A stretch of 64,000 nucleotides of DNA from a virus. Both the position numbers and the translations under genes were made by a program. The DNA lies in the UHGV virus genome UHGV-0038492. One strand, 5' to 3'. This document shows positions 10,254 to 19,501 of this stretch, one piece after another. Positions within the stretch are counted from its first letter, which is position 1; every line of letters begins with the position of its first letter. The notes beneath the pieces were generated by a model, which made no database searches, was not told where the DNA came from, and worked only from the letters and a program-made list of their open reading frames with translations.

Positions 10254-10730
10254 ATGATACGTGTCGAATATGAGACGCGGTGCTTAGAAGACAATCGAGC
10301 AAAAGCATTACGTTGTGTTGAAATCGTCCCCGAGCACGAACTGGATATCCAAGCTGGTAAGGTTCGGGGCGTTCCGGTTAAGATCGTACAACATAGCCAT
10401 TGTTCGCAATATAAAGAGAAAGCTGTCCCAGTAGTACGTTCCAGTAAACGAGAAGACTTTTCAGAACTCCGTAAGTGTTTTCAACGACACTACCGTCGGA
10501 GTAAATGGAAAGTGTTGGTATTAATGTTAGTCGACGATTTCATTAAAGACCTGGTTTGGGAAGAAGTGCTTAAAGAGCGTGGTTTTCAACCCAAACCGTT
10601 CTCGTATCACTGGGAACGTTTCAAAAAGAAATACCACGAGTCATTGCGTTGGTCTCCGAACACCCGGAATATGATGCCACGTTTGGAATCAATGCCTTGG
10701 CTTCGTGTTTATCTCGATGAGGTAAACTGA
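10254..10730 (+). CDS. hypothetical protein
   Basis: 158-codon ORF with SD-like GAGAG upstream. Confidence 0.55.
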   Translation: MIRVEYETRCLEDNRAKALRCVEIVPEHELDIQAGKVRGVPVKIVQHSHCSQYKEKAVPVVRSSKREDFSELRKCFQRHYRRSKWKVLVLMLVDDFIKDLVWEEVLKERGFQPKPFSYHWERFKKKYHESLRWSPNTRNMMPRLESMPWLRVYLDEVN

Positions 10731-11119
10731 TGAAACGTTTTATTACTCCATTTCTAATGTTACTTTCGTTTTCTGTATTAGCTGATTTTAAACCTTACGA
10801 TATCAGTCGTTACGAACCCGCTGTCCCTGGCGATAAACCGGTTGTGTTTAAAGCAGACGACCAACCCGTCACTGCGGTTCAAAACGATGAGTTTGCAGTG
10901 GTGAATTACGGCAAAACGGACTTATGTCCTGCGGGTGGATTTTATCTGGTGAACATCAAACGTCGGACTTACCAGTTTGTTGATCCGGGTAGCTGCTCTG
11001 CAATGGTTAAGGTGACGTTAGAAACCGTACCTTACACGAATAAAAACATTAATATACAACGTTTAACCTTTTATGCGGGTGATGAAATCACAGCACGTTA
11101 TCCGTTATACGGGTATTAG
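10730..11119 (+). CDS. secreted/periplasmic protein with N-terminal signal peptide
   Basis: MKRFITPFLMLLSFSVLA followed by a polar region. Confidence 0.55.
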   Translation: MKRFITPFLMLLSFSVLADFKPYDISRYEPAVPGDKPVVFKADDQPVTAVQNDEFAVVNYGKTDLCPAGGFYLVNIKRRTYQFVDPGSCSAMVKVTLETVPYTNKNINIQRLTFYAGDEITARYPLYGY

Positions 11120-11142
11120 TGATTAGCCCCCACGGAGTTCGT

Positions 11143-11781
11143 ATGTCTTTTGTAATTGATTTCGACGTTGGCCACAGACAGAACTTACTTAATCTCGTTA
11201 GTTATTGTAACAGTGACAGTGTACGGAAAAAGCTTTCGGCTGAAAAGGTAGACGTTACGCTCGTCGGTGCCCCAACACCGGAAGGACGCTATAAGGTAAA
11301 GTTAACGAACCGTAACGACATAAACGATGCGGTACTGATTACCTACACAAAGCTTCAACTGAACGACTTCCTTGAGATTCCTGCCAAGTATCTGGATTGG
11401 TTTGATTTCGAAAACGGTCAACCTAAGAACTACGATACGTGGGCAGCTTCCGCTAAAGTCGCTGTAGAGAAAATGTGCCAAGACCGAGGTATGGTGATAT
11501 CTCGCGCTTGGGACACCGGTTCACAGTGTCACATTGAGTTTGACGAGTCTATCGAACGGTATGTGGTTGTCTACGAGTGCGACTCTTTTATTTATAGTGC
11601 GAGAAACCGATTCATCTTACCTCTACACTTAGGGCAGGTGATCAACGACACGACATTAGACGGTCTTGATTACAATAACGAACTGAACAAGAAACCATTG
11701 GCGGATTTGGACGGTGAGTTAGAAGTGTGGATGGGTCAGGCGTTGGTTGAGACAGTCGTCTTAAGCGGCCTGGAAGTATAA
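11143..11781 (+). CDS. hypothetical protein
   Basis: ATG at 11143 with GGAG upstream; the track start at 11119 is GTG. Confidence 0.55.
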   Translation: MSFVIDFDVGHRQNLLNLVSYCNSDSVRKKLSAEKVDVTLVGAPTPEGRYKVKLTNRNDINDAVLITYTKLQLNDFLEIPAKYLDWFDFENGQPKNYDTWAASAKVAVEKMCQDRGMVISRAWDTGSQCHIEFDESIERYVVVYECDSFIYSARNRFILPLHLGQVINDTTLDGLDYNNELNKKPLADLDGELEVWMGQALVETVVLSGLEV

Positions 11782-11793
11782 TAGTAACGGCGG

Positions 11794-11834
11794 GTAGAGA
11801 GAGCTTTCGGGCTCTCTCTACTTTTCTTTTTTTT
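11794..11834 (+). terminator. intrinsic terminator
   Basis: hairpin gtagagagagc-tttc-gggctctctctac plus T-run. Confidence 0.65.
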
Positions 11835-11864
11835 CCATTATCGACGGTCTTTATGGAGGTGACC

Positions 11865-12419
11865 ATGAAAGACTATAGAATTGCAATCATCGGGTCTCGA
11901 GAAACACCGGAAGACGTTATGCAGGAAATGTTAGACACGTTACGGGAAGGGTTTCGAATCTTACGAAAGAAAGGCTACACGATTACCACCCGTTCTGGCG
12001 GGTGTTATAAAGGCCCAGACCAGCTTCAGTTTATGATAGCACGTACCGAGGACGTTAAGAGCGTTTGTTATCTGCCGGATGAAAAGAAAATGTGGTTAGG
12101 GAAAATACACCCTAAGGTAGAGTTTCGTTATATCCCACAAGACGTTCAGTACCGAGCGATAGTTGCTTCACTTCACCCAAATCCAGATAAGCTCTCACCG
12201 ATTGCCTGGGCGCTACACGGCCGTAATCTGAATATCATCGCAGGTGACTGCTTAGACGAACCGGTAGACGCAGTCTATTACTTTAGCGACCACGACAAAC
12301 ACGGAAACGCAAAAGGTGGTACTGCGATGGGTGTAAAATACGCGAAGTCAATCGACGTTCCTTGTTACTACCATACCGTCGATCGGGATAAGTGGTTGGA
12401 AAGTCTTCGTTTATTATGA
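11865..12419 (+). CDS. SLOG/DprA-like Rossmann-fold protein (tentative)
   Basis: IAIIGSRE and TTRSGGCYKGPD resemble DprA/Smf-LOG family motifs; ATG at 11865 preceded by GGAGGTG. Confidence 0.35.
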   Translation: MKDYRIAIIGSRETPEDVMQEMLDTLREGFRILRKKGYTITTRSGGCYKGPDQLQFMIARTEDVKSVCYLPDEKKMWLGKIHPKVEFRYIPQDVQYRAIVASLHPNPDKLSPIAWALHGRNLNIIAGDCLDEPVDAVYYFSDHDKHGNAKGGTAMGVKYAKSIDVPCYYHTVDRDKWLESLRLL

Positions 12420-12542
12420 ACTTGACTTTAACCGCGTAGTTGAGTTCAGCGATTCACCGTGCGATGGGAACAGAAGTTACTGTGTATCCGTTAGCAGGGT
12501 GAACTGGGTAAAAGTAAGATCAAAGCAAACGAGTAAATTATC

Positions 12543-13676
12543 ATGTCAACGTTAGATAGCGACTTAGAAGTGCTTTGTGACGATTACGACCGACTCGTAG
12601 CGTTAGAATCCATTGGAGTAAAAGACAATTATCCGGCTATCGTTGCTATCCGTAAACGTTGGCTTTTGGATGATGTGGTTGTTGCGTCAGAGTCTGCGGC
12701 CATGATGCACCGTGCACAGTTTTTGTCAGACACGGAACCTGATAAAGGGATAGGCAAAGCGGCGGCACGACTCACCGGACGTGCGGTTCGTGGCGTAAGT
12801 CGGGTAGCAGGACGTGCTGCCAGTGCAGGTGCAAAAGCATCGGCGAACTTCGCAGGTAAACATTCCAAACAACTTGCTTTACGTTTTGTGGATTTTGCTG
12901 AGGCTGCGGGTAAAGAAGTCATTAAGGAATTAAAAGAAGCGACGTCTAAAGCGACGACCTTAGAGCGCAAACTGCAAAAGTTAAATGCACGTCTAAATTT
13001 AATCGGTGACAAAGACACCTTAAAACCGGTTGACTGCGACACGGGAAGCTGGACGACCAAAGTTTGTTTAGAAGACAAACCTAACGTAAAAGCGTGTATT
13101 GAGTTCAGTAAGAACCTGAACGCAATGGATGCGATGGTCAACGAGTATACCGTTAAAACGCGCACCATTATCGGTAAGAGCAAGAAAGTTACTGAGAGTG
13201 GCTTGGAGAAAGTAGGTCGCTCAACGAACTGGGCGATTAAACGTAGTGCAGGGCTGTTCGGTATTATCGATCCGTTTAAAACGGTGAAAGCGTATCCGTG
13301 GCCAGGTAACGTGGTGGTCGTTGAACACGACAACGGTAAGATTGAGTGGGCGATTGCCCGTGATGGTGATTTTGGCCACTCAATCAAATCTCTGAACTTA
13401 CACGAAATCGGTTCGGCTCTCGAAGCCGTTGAAAAAATTATCCGAGCTTTACGTCAGCGTGGTACGAAGCGACGTAGCGTTGGTTATACCGGTATTTACG
13501 ATGAAGTTCAGCGAATGAAAAAAGAGCTGAAGTCGTTAGACGGTCGTGAGTTACGCGATGCTACCGTTCGGTATAAGAACGCACTGCGTTTAGAAGATGC
13601 GTTTACTACCTCGTTAGTGCGTGTTGCGGAAGGCTTACTGGAATGGTGCAGGTTGTCGCTGATTGAGGTTAAATAA
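12543..13676 (+). CDS. hypothetical protein (377 aa)
   Basis: long ORF in an operon-like run. Confidence 0.6.
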   Translation: MSTLDSDLEVLCDDYDRLVALESIGVKDNYPAIVAIRKRWLLDDVVVASESAAMMHRAQFLSDTEPDKGIGKAAARLTGRAVRGVSRVAGRAASAGAKASANFAGKHSKQLALRFVDFAEAAGKEVIKELKEATSKATTLERKLQKLNARLNLIGDKDTLKPVDCDTGSWTTKVCLEDKPNVKACIEFSKNLNAMDAMVNEYTVKTRTIIGKSKKVTESGLEKVGRSTNWAIKRSAGLFGIIDPFKTVKAYPWPGNVVVVEHDNGKIEWAIARDGDFGHSIKSLNLHEIGSALEAVEKIIRALRQRGTKRRSVGYTGIYDEVQRMKKELKSLDGRELRDATVRYKNALRLEDAFTTSLVRVAEGLLEWCRLSLIEVK

Positions 13677-14143
13677 TGCGTATTACTATTATTCTCAAAC
13701 CCGACAGTAAATACGGAAAGTTATACGGCGACCAGGTACTCAAACTGCACAACATGTTGTTCGCAGAAGAGAAAGTGCGTATTAGTCAGTTAACTGGACG
13801 TGACACGTTCAACCCCATCGAACGTTTAGAAGAGATTTGGCCTCAAGACTATCTCTGTGCGTGTGCGGTGGGTGACAACGAACAGCTTCTGGGATTTATG
13901 ACGTTCTCATTGGGTTCTTGCTCAAAAGACACGTTTGTTTACATCGGGAATTACTATGTGATTCCTGAAGCACGTTCTCAAGGGGTAGGGCGTGCGCTTA
14001 TGGACAAAGTCCGTGAATACGGAAAGTCCAAAGGTTGTGGTTGGATGAGTCTGGATGTGTTAGACAACAACGTTAAAGCTATCTCCTTGTATGAGAAAAT
14101 GGGATTCCGTACCGAATGCAGGGAAATGATAAAGGAAATCTAA
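13676..14143 (+). CDS. GNAT-family N-acetyltransferase
   Basis: ARSQGVGRALMDKVREYGKSKGC...SLYEKMGF matches GNAT motifs A and B. Confidence 0.6.
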   Translation: MRITIILKPDSKYGKLYGDQVLKLHNMLFAEEKVRISQLTGRDTFNPIERLEEIWPQDYLCACAVGDNEQLLGFMTFSLGSCSKDTFVYIGNYYVIPEARSQGVGRALMDKVREYGKSKGCGWMSLDVLDNNVKAISLYEKMGFRTECREMIKEI

Positions 14144-14144
14144 A

Positions 14145-14777
14145 ATGGCTGCAAGATTCGTACCGTTTCATGACGGGTCTAGATATACTTTTGGTGTAGA
14201 GCGTTACGCTGTGGGTTTTCGTCCTGGTTGGAGAGTGGTACGAATCGATAAAGCGTGTTGGTGTTTACCGACCGGCATTTTTGATTACTTTACGCCTGAA
14301 GCTTTAACGCGGTTTGTTTCTCTGGGTTCTCCCACGCAACGTGCTGCGTGGGAAAAGAATATTCGTTGCCGTTATTTGGGTAAAACACGAAACGCGACGG
14401 TACGTGGTGTTTATCACGTAGGGAGTCGTTGGTTACACGTTGAGCCAACACATCCCCGTTGTGCCGTCACACCCTTTAACGGTGAATATCGCGGTCAGGT
14501 GTACACGGGGTTACATTTTGCGTTCCCGGATAACCCTGACCTTAATTATTTTCTGGCTACCCCGAAAGACGTTACATTAGCCACGTTCTATAAATACCTT
14601 TTGTTCTATCCTGCCTACGTCGTTGCAGAATACGAACACAAAGCATTTCCTCTGCCTTACGGTAGAGACAGGAGATTAGCAGGATGTTCTATCGAGAACT
14701 TCAGCAATACACCGACGCTCTCCGAAAAGCGACCATTGATGCTCACAACAACCTCAGAGATGTCGTTAGCGTTATAG
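14145..14777 (+). CDS. hypothetical protein; 3' end overlaps the next ORF by 94 nt
   Basis: 210-codon ORF. Confidence 0.5.
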   Translation: MAARFVPFHDGSRYTFGVERYAVGFRPGWRVVRIDKACWCLPTGIFDYFTPEALTRFVSLGSPTQRAAWEKNIRCRYLGKTRNATVRGVYHVGSRWLHVEPTHPRCAVTPFNGEYRGQVYTGLHFAFPDNPDLNYFLATPKDVTLATFYKYLLFYPAYVVAEYEHKAFPLPYGRDRRLAGCSIENFSNTPTLSEKRPLMLTTTSEMSLAL

Positions 14778-15055
14778 AACAGTGTTCGGATGTATTGTAT
14801 GCGGAAACGATTGAAACGCCAACCCACGACGGTGTGAAATCGCTCCAGCTACACGTTTGTAGTAAACACGGCAGTCTGTCGTTAAACTTCCGTGTAGGTT
14901 TAGATTATTACATGGTTCGTAAGAGCTATTTAAGTTGTGACGGTGACCTTTATCCGGTTGTCTGGAACAACGATTATTCTAAGTTTGTTTATCCACTTGA
15001 AGAACACCGACGCACGGTTTATGAATTTGTGAAAGCTGTTCTCGAGGGGTTCTAA
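14684..15055 (+). CDS. hypothetical protein
   Basis: ATG at 14684 preceded by AGGAG; no later in-frame ATG available. Confidence 0.5.
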   Translation: MFYRELQQYTDALRKATIDAHNNLRDVVSVIEQCSDVLYAETIETPTHDGVKSLQLHVCSKHGSLSLNFRVGLDYYMVRKSYLSCDGDLYPVVWNNDYSKFVYPLEEHRRTVYEFVKAVLEGF

Positions 15056-15068
15056 AGAGGGTATTGTG

Positions 15069-15674
15069 ATGTCAGAGATGATTCTCGACTCATTACTGCT
15101 GATTACGGTGGCGTATATCAACAAAACCGGTAAGCTACCAAAGCGTGGGGTGACGATTGAACGGGAGGGGTTTAAGCACCGCTACCCGTTAACGAAAGTT
15201 CTCGATTTGGCAGCGCGGTTAGCGAAGATGCGTAGACCGACGTCAGACGCAGCACCGAAGTACGTCTTAGTGGTACTCCAACGTGCGATTTCTGAAGTCC
15301 GTCGTGCGCGTCGTCGTGCCTCGTTTCGCTTTTATCCAAACTCTACGCAGCAGGTTGTGGGGGTCTATAACGAAATGGTTGTTGATTTACGTACCGAACA
15401 CTGTAACGTTACAGGACTTGCGTATAACCGCCTCAAACGCATTCTGGACGACTCAGACGCGTTTACCACACCGCAAGAAGGTCAAGCGGCTTTAGCGCTT
15501 CTACGAGGCGCTGAGCTCGTTATTGTGGACACCGCAGTACAGGCCGCAAGAATGCAGCACTATCTTGCTAAGCAAGGATTAGTTTTACTGTGTGTTCCGT
15601 CTGCACAGGCTGCTAATCTTACCGCACCGGAAACGTCAGAAGTGTGGAGTGGTCCGATTGTTGACCATCAATAA
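15069..15674 (+). CDS. hypothetical protein
   Basis: ATG at 15069; the track start is the adjacent GTG at 15066. Confidence 0.55.
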   Translation: MSEMILDSLLLITVAYINKTGKLPKRGVTIEREGFKHRYPLTKVLDLAARLAKMRRPTSDAAPKYVLVVLQRAISEVRRARRRASFRFYPNSTQQVVGVYNEMVVDLRTEHCNVTGLAYNRLKRILDDSDAFTTPQEGQAALALLRGAELVIVDTAVQAARMQHYLAKQGLVLLCVPSAQAANLTAPETSEVWSGPIVDHQ

Positions 15675-15681
15675 AACCTTA

Positions 15682-15716
15682 CCCCTACCTATCGGTAGGG
15701 GCGGGTTTCTTTTTTT
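15682..15716 (+). terminator. intrinsic terminator
   Basis: hairpin cccctacc-tatc-ggtagggg plus T-run. Confidence 0.65.
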
Positions 15717-15813
15717 ATCCTAAAATTTATTACAACCAATAGCTATTATGTGAACGCCGGTATGGAATAAAGAAGTATCGGTTTAAATTTTTGTGCGTAA
15801 AGGTAAAACGATA

Positions 15814-16437
15814 ATGCTTAAGACAGTGTCTATTGATGGCCCTGACTTTTCTGGGAAATCGACGTTGTGCAAAATAGTAAAAGGTATGCTGGAATCTGCG
15901 GGGTTAAAGGTCTGCATCCGTAATCACCCTACGACGGAGACCGAAGCGGGTATCCGCGCACGCAGTTTAGTCGTTCAGTCCGCAGCAAAAGCAAAAATTG
16001 CCGAAGCGATGTGCGACGATTTCCTTCACACGTTAGACCATGTTGTTGACGATTACGATGTTGTTATTTTCGACAGGTTCTGTCCCTCTACAATCGTTTA
16101 CCAGGGTGTCGACGGTAAAGACGAAGTTTTCCGACGTAAGCTAACGCGTCATTTCCACGCACCAGATTTGTACGTTTGGACGGACGTGGATTACGACGGC
16201 GCAGTAGCACGCTTTAAGAAACGGGTAGAAGAACAAGGTAAGAATTGGGACGACGAGGTTCTTACCGTTAAGTATTTAAAAGACAACCAAAGTTGGGAAG
16301 CGTTACGTGACCACTACCGCTTTGCCCACCACATCCTCACTGAAGGCGGTTGTCTGCACCATTTATTACCCGTGAAGCAAGACGACGATTACCGTTTGAA
16401 AGCGGCTGAAATCGTTGCTTGTATTTTAGAGAATTAA
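15814..16437 (+). CDS. thymidylate kinase-like dNMP kinase
   Basis: P-loop GPDFSGKST near the N-terminus and a DRF...YQG motif typical of TMP kinases; ATG at 15814 puts the P-loop at residues 9-16. Confidence 0.6.
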   Translation: MLKTVSIDGPDFSGKSTLCKIVKGMLESAGLKVCIRNHPTTETEAGIRARSLVVQSAAKAKIAEAMCDDFLHTLDHVVDDYDVVIFDRFCPSTIVYQGVDGKDEVFRRKLTRHFHAPDLYVWTDVDYDGAVARFKKRVEEQGKNWDDEVLTVKYLKDNQSWEALRDHYRFAHHILTEGGCLHHLLPVKQDDDYRLKAAEIVACILEN

Positions 16438-16444
16438 TCACATA

Positions 16445-16479
16445 CCCCTACCTTCGGGTAGGGGATTATTTAATTTTTT
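16445..16479 (+). terminator. intrinsic terminator
   Basis: hairpin cccctacc-ttcg-ggtagggg plus T-rich tail. Confidence 0.65.
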
Positions 16480-16520
16480 CTCAGATATATATTACCTTAG
16501 TGAGATTACACAGTAATCTC
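16480..16520 (+). promoter_or_regulatory. conserved promoter-like motif TCAGATATATATTACCTTAG followed by a 5' hairpin
   Basis: the same ~19-nt motif recurs at 38019 and 42447, with a variant at 21778; AT-rich upstream, TATATT -10-like core. Confidence 0.45.
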
Positions 16521-16555
16521 TTTACGACTTGTTCTACAGATTAGGATTAAATATC

Positions 16556-16915
16556 ATGGCTTACAATCACAACTCTATTGTTTTAGCAAAACGTAAATTC
16601 GGTCTTCATCTTTCTTACGTGATTCGTCATTTGACAGCGAAAGACATTACACAGCGTGAACTTGCCCAGCTTGCGAAAGTTTCACAGCCGGTTATTTCAT
16701 CTATTAAGAACGATCATAGCGAACGCCTGAGTCTACCAATAATGATGAAGGTTGCTGATGCAATTCGTCTGAAATATCAGATTACGTTTAATTCTGTTAA
16801 AGGGCGTTGCTCAGTAACGGTTCACGTAGAGTCTGCGTTGGACTACGTTGCAAATACGTCCCTTAAACGTACAGCGAAAAATATTCGTTTTGTTACTAAC
16901 AGCGCAACACACTAA
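16556..16915 (+). CDS. helix-turn-helix DNA-binding protein (putative transcriptional regulator)
   Basis: ITQRELAQLAKVSQPVISSIKN resembles an XRE/Cro-type HTH; ATG at 16556. Confidence 0.45.
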   Translation: MAYNHNSIVLAKRKFGLHLSYVIRHLTAKDITQRELAQLAKVSQPVISSIKNDHSERLSLPIMMKVADAIRLKYQITFNSVKGRCSVTVHVESALDYVANTSLKRTAKNIRFVTNSATH

Positions 16916-16936
16916 TCAACCTAAAGGAGTATTATC

Positions 16937-17620
16937 ATGGCACCGAAAACTAAGAAAACTGAAGTTAAAGAAACTGTAGAAAAGCCGACTGATACTAAGG
17001 AAGCGGAAGTTAAGCAGACTGGGCCTAGCAAGAAGCTTGCGCTTATGCCACCCACCACAGAAATACACGGGGATAAAATCTTAAGTTACACTCCGCGCGC
17101 GAGTTTAACGATGGATATTTACCATTACCCGGTATTCGACCTGTACACGCTTGTCTGTCGACTCGACGATGAGATACTGGCAGTCGTTCCAGGTATCCAC
17201 AAAGAAAAACTGCTTACGGGTTCAGTCATTAGCGAGATTTTCCTGCGCTTGATGTTTAAATCAGACGATAAGATGATCAGCCAGATTGCTAGTAAATTGA
17301 CTGACTTCTTTGTTGAGGCTTCAACGTGGTTAGGCTTTCACCCAACGGCTTATTTCATTTTCGACACCAAAATGTTGTATGCTGAAATGGGCGATAGCGT
17401 TAAGTATCCTATCTTGCTTAATGAAGAAGTCGTTCCGTTTTCCCTTACCAGTCCTAACAAACATCTTCGCTTTCATCCTGCGTTAGAAAACCTGATTGAA
17501 TACAATCGGTTGGAAAAATATTACGCTTATCATCGCATGTTCTTTGAACTTCTGCGTGATAAATTAAGAGGCAAAGTTCCAGATTCTAGTGCAGCATTCA
17601 CTAGTTCTAAGCTTTGGTAG
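16937..17620 (+). CDS. hypothetical protein with Lys-rich N-terminus
   Basis: AAAGGAG upstream of ATG. Confidence 0.6.
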   Translation: MAPKTKKTEVKETVEKPTDTKEAEVKQTGPSKKLALMPPTTEIHGDKILSYTPRASLTMDIYHYPVFDLYTLVCRLDDEILAVVPGIHKEKLLTGSVISEIFLRLMFKSDDKMISQIASKLTDFFVEASTWLGFHPTAYFIFDTKMLYAEMGDSVKYPILLNEEVVPFSLTSPNKHLRFHPALENLIEYNRLEKYYAYHRMFFELLRDKLRGKVPDSSAAFTSSKLW

Positions 17621-17632
17621 TTTGTAACAAAC

Positions 17633-17660
17633 AGGGAGCTTCGGCTCCCTTTTTCTTTTT
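17633..17660 (+). terminator. intrinsic terminator
   Basis: hairpin agggagc-ttcg-gctccct plus T-run. Confidence 0.65.
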
Positions 17661-17706
17661 ACAACTTTTTCTTTTGTTGTGAGGAAAGCCGATAAGGAGT
17701 ATTAAA

Positions 17707-18693
17707 ATGGTATATCGTAAAACGATAGAAAGAACCTCTTCTGATTTAACCGTAGGACGCTTAACCCGTAGAGATATTCGCAATCCTCAGCTTCAGGCAT
17801 GTTTAACGGGGCCTAACGGTGCGGTGATTCGAGAAGCACTGTGTAATACCGAGCTGAATACGTTCTCTTTACAAAAAGGAAAAACAATCCAAGGGTTTAT
17901 CATCACAAAACACATTTACGGCGACCCAACGTTACACTGCTTGTATATGCACGAAATTGTACCTGGGTGTTTGAACAAACTGAGCCTTCTATTGGTACTT
18001 GACTATACGGGTTTTACGTACCTTAACCGAATTGCCAGAGGTGTGGAAGAAATCGCCGAGCTTAACGATTTAGGGTTTAGACATACCCACACAGCATATC
18101 GTTTAGGTACACGTAAGTTACTGGATGTCACTTTACCGACGAACGTGAAGAACGTCTCCGACGACTTCTATAAAGACTTAACCGGAGCACAACGTGAACA
18201 GCTTATGATGTTGCTTGGCACTAGCGTCGTTGAAAACATCAATGCTGACCCTGTAACGCGTTCTCGACAAATAATGCCACAAGTTGAAACATTGGTGGAA
18301 TTAGTGCGGCACGTCAATCACTACACTTACGTTTGGATGGACGGTAATGACGTTGTGGGTGTGGTGCAAGTTAAATCACGCAATCTTAGCGAGTGCGAAC
18401 TAAAAGCCATTGCGGTAAGTGAAACACACCGGGGCCGTGGGATTGGGCGTGCGTTGTTGTACCGTGCTTTACAGATTGCATCGACAACAGCGGCACCATT
18501 AGAAATAGGGTGTTACAATAACAACCCAGCATTTAGACACCTGGCCGTAGATTTGTTTAAATTCCGTCCCTACGAGTACGAATTTGTTTTAGTGCGCGAC
18601 GACGATGTCGTCAGTTGGGAGCGTCGGAAAAACCGCGTCGAGTTAGTGTTAGGCGACGAAATGTCATCGTTACAAGGCGGAATTAATGCATAA
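17707..18693 (+). CDS. protein with C-terminal GNAT acetyltransferase domain
   Basis: ELKAIAVSETHRGRGIGRALLYRALQIA matches GNAT motif A; ATAAGGAG upstream of ATG. Confidence 0.5.
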   Translation: MVYRKTIERTSSDLTVGRLTRRDIRNPQLQACLTGPNGAVIREALCNTELNTFSLQKGKTIQGFIITKHIYGDPTLHCLYMHEIVPGCLNKLSLLLVLDYTGFTYLNRIARGVEEIAELNDLGFRHTHTAYRLGTRKLLDVTLPTNVKNVSDDFYKDLTGAQREQLMMLLGTSVVENINADPVTRSRQIMPQVETLVELVRHVNHYTYVWMDGNDVVGVVQVKSRNLSECELKAIAVSETHRGRGIGRALLYRALQIASTTAAPLEIGCYNNNPAFRHLAVDLFKFRPYEYEFVLVRDDDVVSWERRKNRVELVLGDEMSSLQGGINA

Positions 18694-19501
18694 ACCAATT
18701 ATAAAGTGGATGGGTGGCAAATCGCGGATTATCGACACCTTACTACAAGTCTTACCTGAACGTACCACTTTCGTTGAACCGTTTGTTGGCGCAGGGTCAG
18801 TGTTTTTGAACACACGTTATAAACGTTACATTCTTGCTGACTCTAACCCTGACTTAATCCAGTTGCTGAATGTAGCGAAAGACCAACCTGAAGAACTTAT
18901 CTTGAAGTCGAAACCGCTATTCGAAGACGGTAACGATTGTATTAAGTATATGGAGAGACGAGAACTGTTTAATCGCGAAACGGATATGGCTCCGTTAGAC
19001 CGGGCAGCAATGTTTCTGTACTTAATGCGTCACGGTTTTAACGGGATGTGTCGTTACAACGGCAGCGGGGGTTTTAACGTTCCGTTTGGTCGCTATCCTA
19101 ACGGTGTGTATTACCCGTTAGAAGAGATTCGTGGTTGGGCTAAACGTTGTCAAGAACCGGAATACTTAGAAATTGTTTGTGAAGATTTCCGAACAGTTTT
19201 AGAGCGTACGCCGGAAGACAGTGTGATTTACGCAGACCCACCGTATATACCGCTCTCAGAGACCGCTAAACACGCGCAATACCATCGGAAGGAGTTTTCC
19301 CAGGCCGACCATCGGGAACTCGCCAGAGCGCTGTTTAAGCAGGTTGAGAAGGGGAATAGCGTTGTGTTGTCCAATGCGGATACGTTACTAACGCGTGAGA
19401 TTTATTACGGGTTCGAATGGCGTTCTGTGGAAGTTGGCCGATACATGGGTGCGTCAGGTGCTGCTCGTAAAACGGTAACGGAATTGTTAGGAGTGCTCTA
19501 A
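18686..19501 (+). CDS. dam: DNA N6-adenine methyltransferase (Dam-like)
   Basis: IIKWMGGKSR, FVEPFVGAGSVF (motif I) and ADPPY (motif IV). Confidence 0.8.
   Translation: MHKPIIKWMGGKSRIIDTLLQVLPERTTFVEPFVGAGSVFLNTRYKRYILADSNPDLIQLLNVAKDQPEELILKSKPLFEDGNDCIKYMERRELFNRETDMAPLDRAAMFLYLMRHGFNGMCRYNGSGGFNVPFGRYPNGVYYPLEEIRGWAKRCQEPEYLEIVCEDFRTVLERTPEDSVIYADPPYIPLSETAKHAQYHRKEFSQADHRELARALFKQVEKGNSVVLSNADTLLTREIYYGFEWRSVEVGRYMGASGAARKTVTELLGVL

Noticed and set aside
12420-12542. Possible tRNA or small RNA in the longer intergenic gaps (12420-12542, 36671-36828, 45964-46130)
   Set aside because: By eye I could not find a cloverleaf with acceptor stem, GTTC-type T-loop and anticodon arm; these gaps contain terminators or promoter-like AT-rich sequence. 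A tRNAscan run would be the decisive check.
12629-13387. 252-codon minus-strand ORF
   Set aside because: Entirely antisense to the 377-aa plus-strand gene in a uniformly plus-strand operon; no SD.
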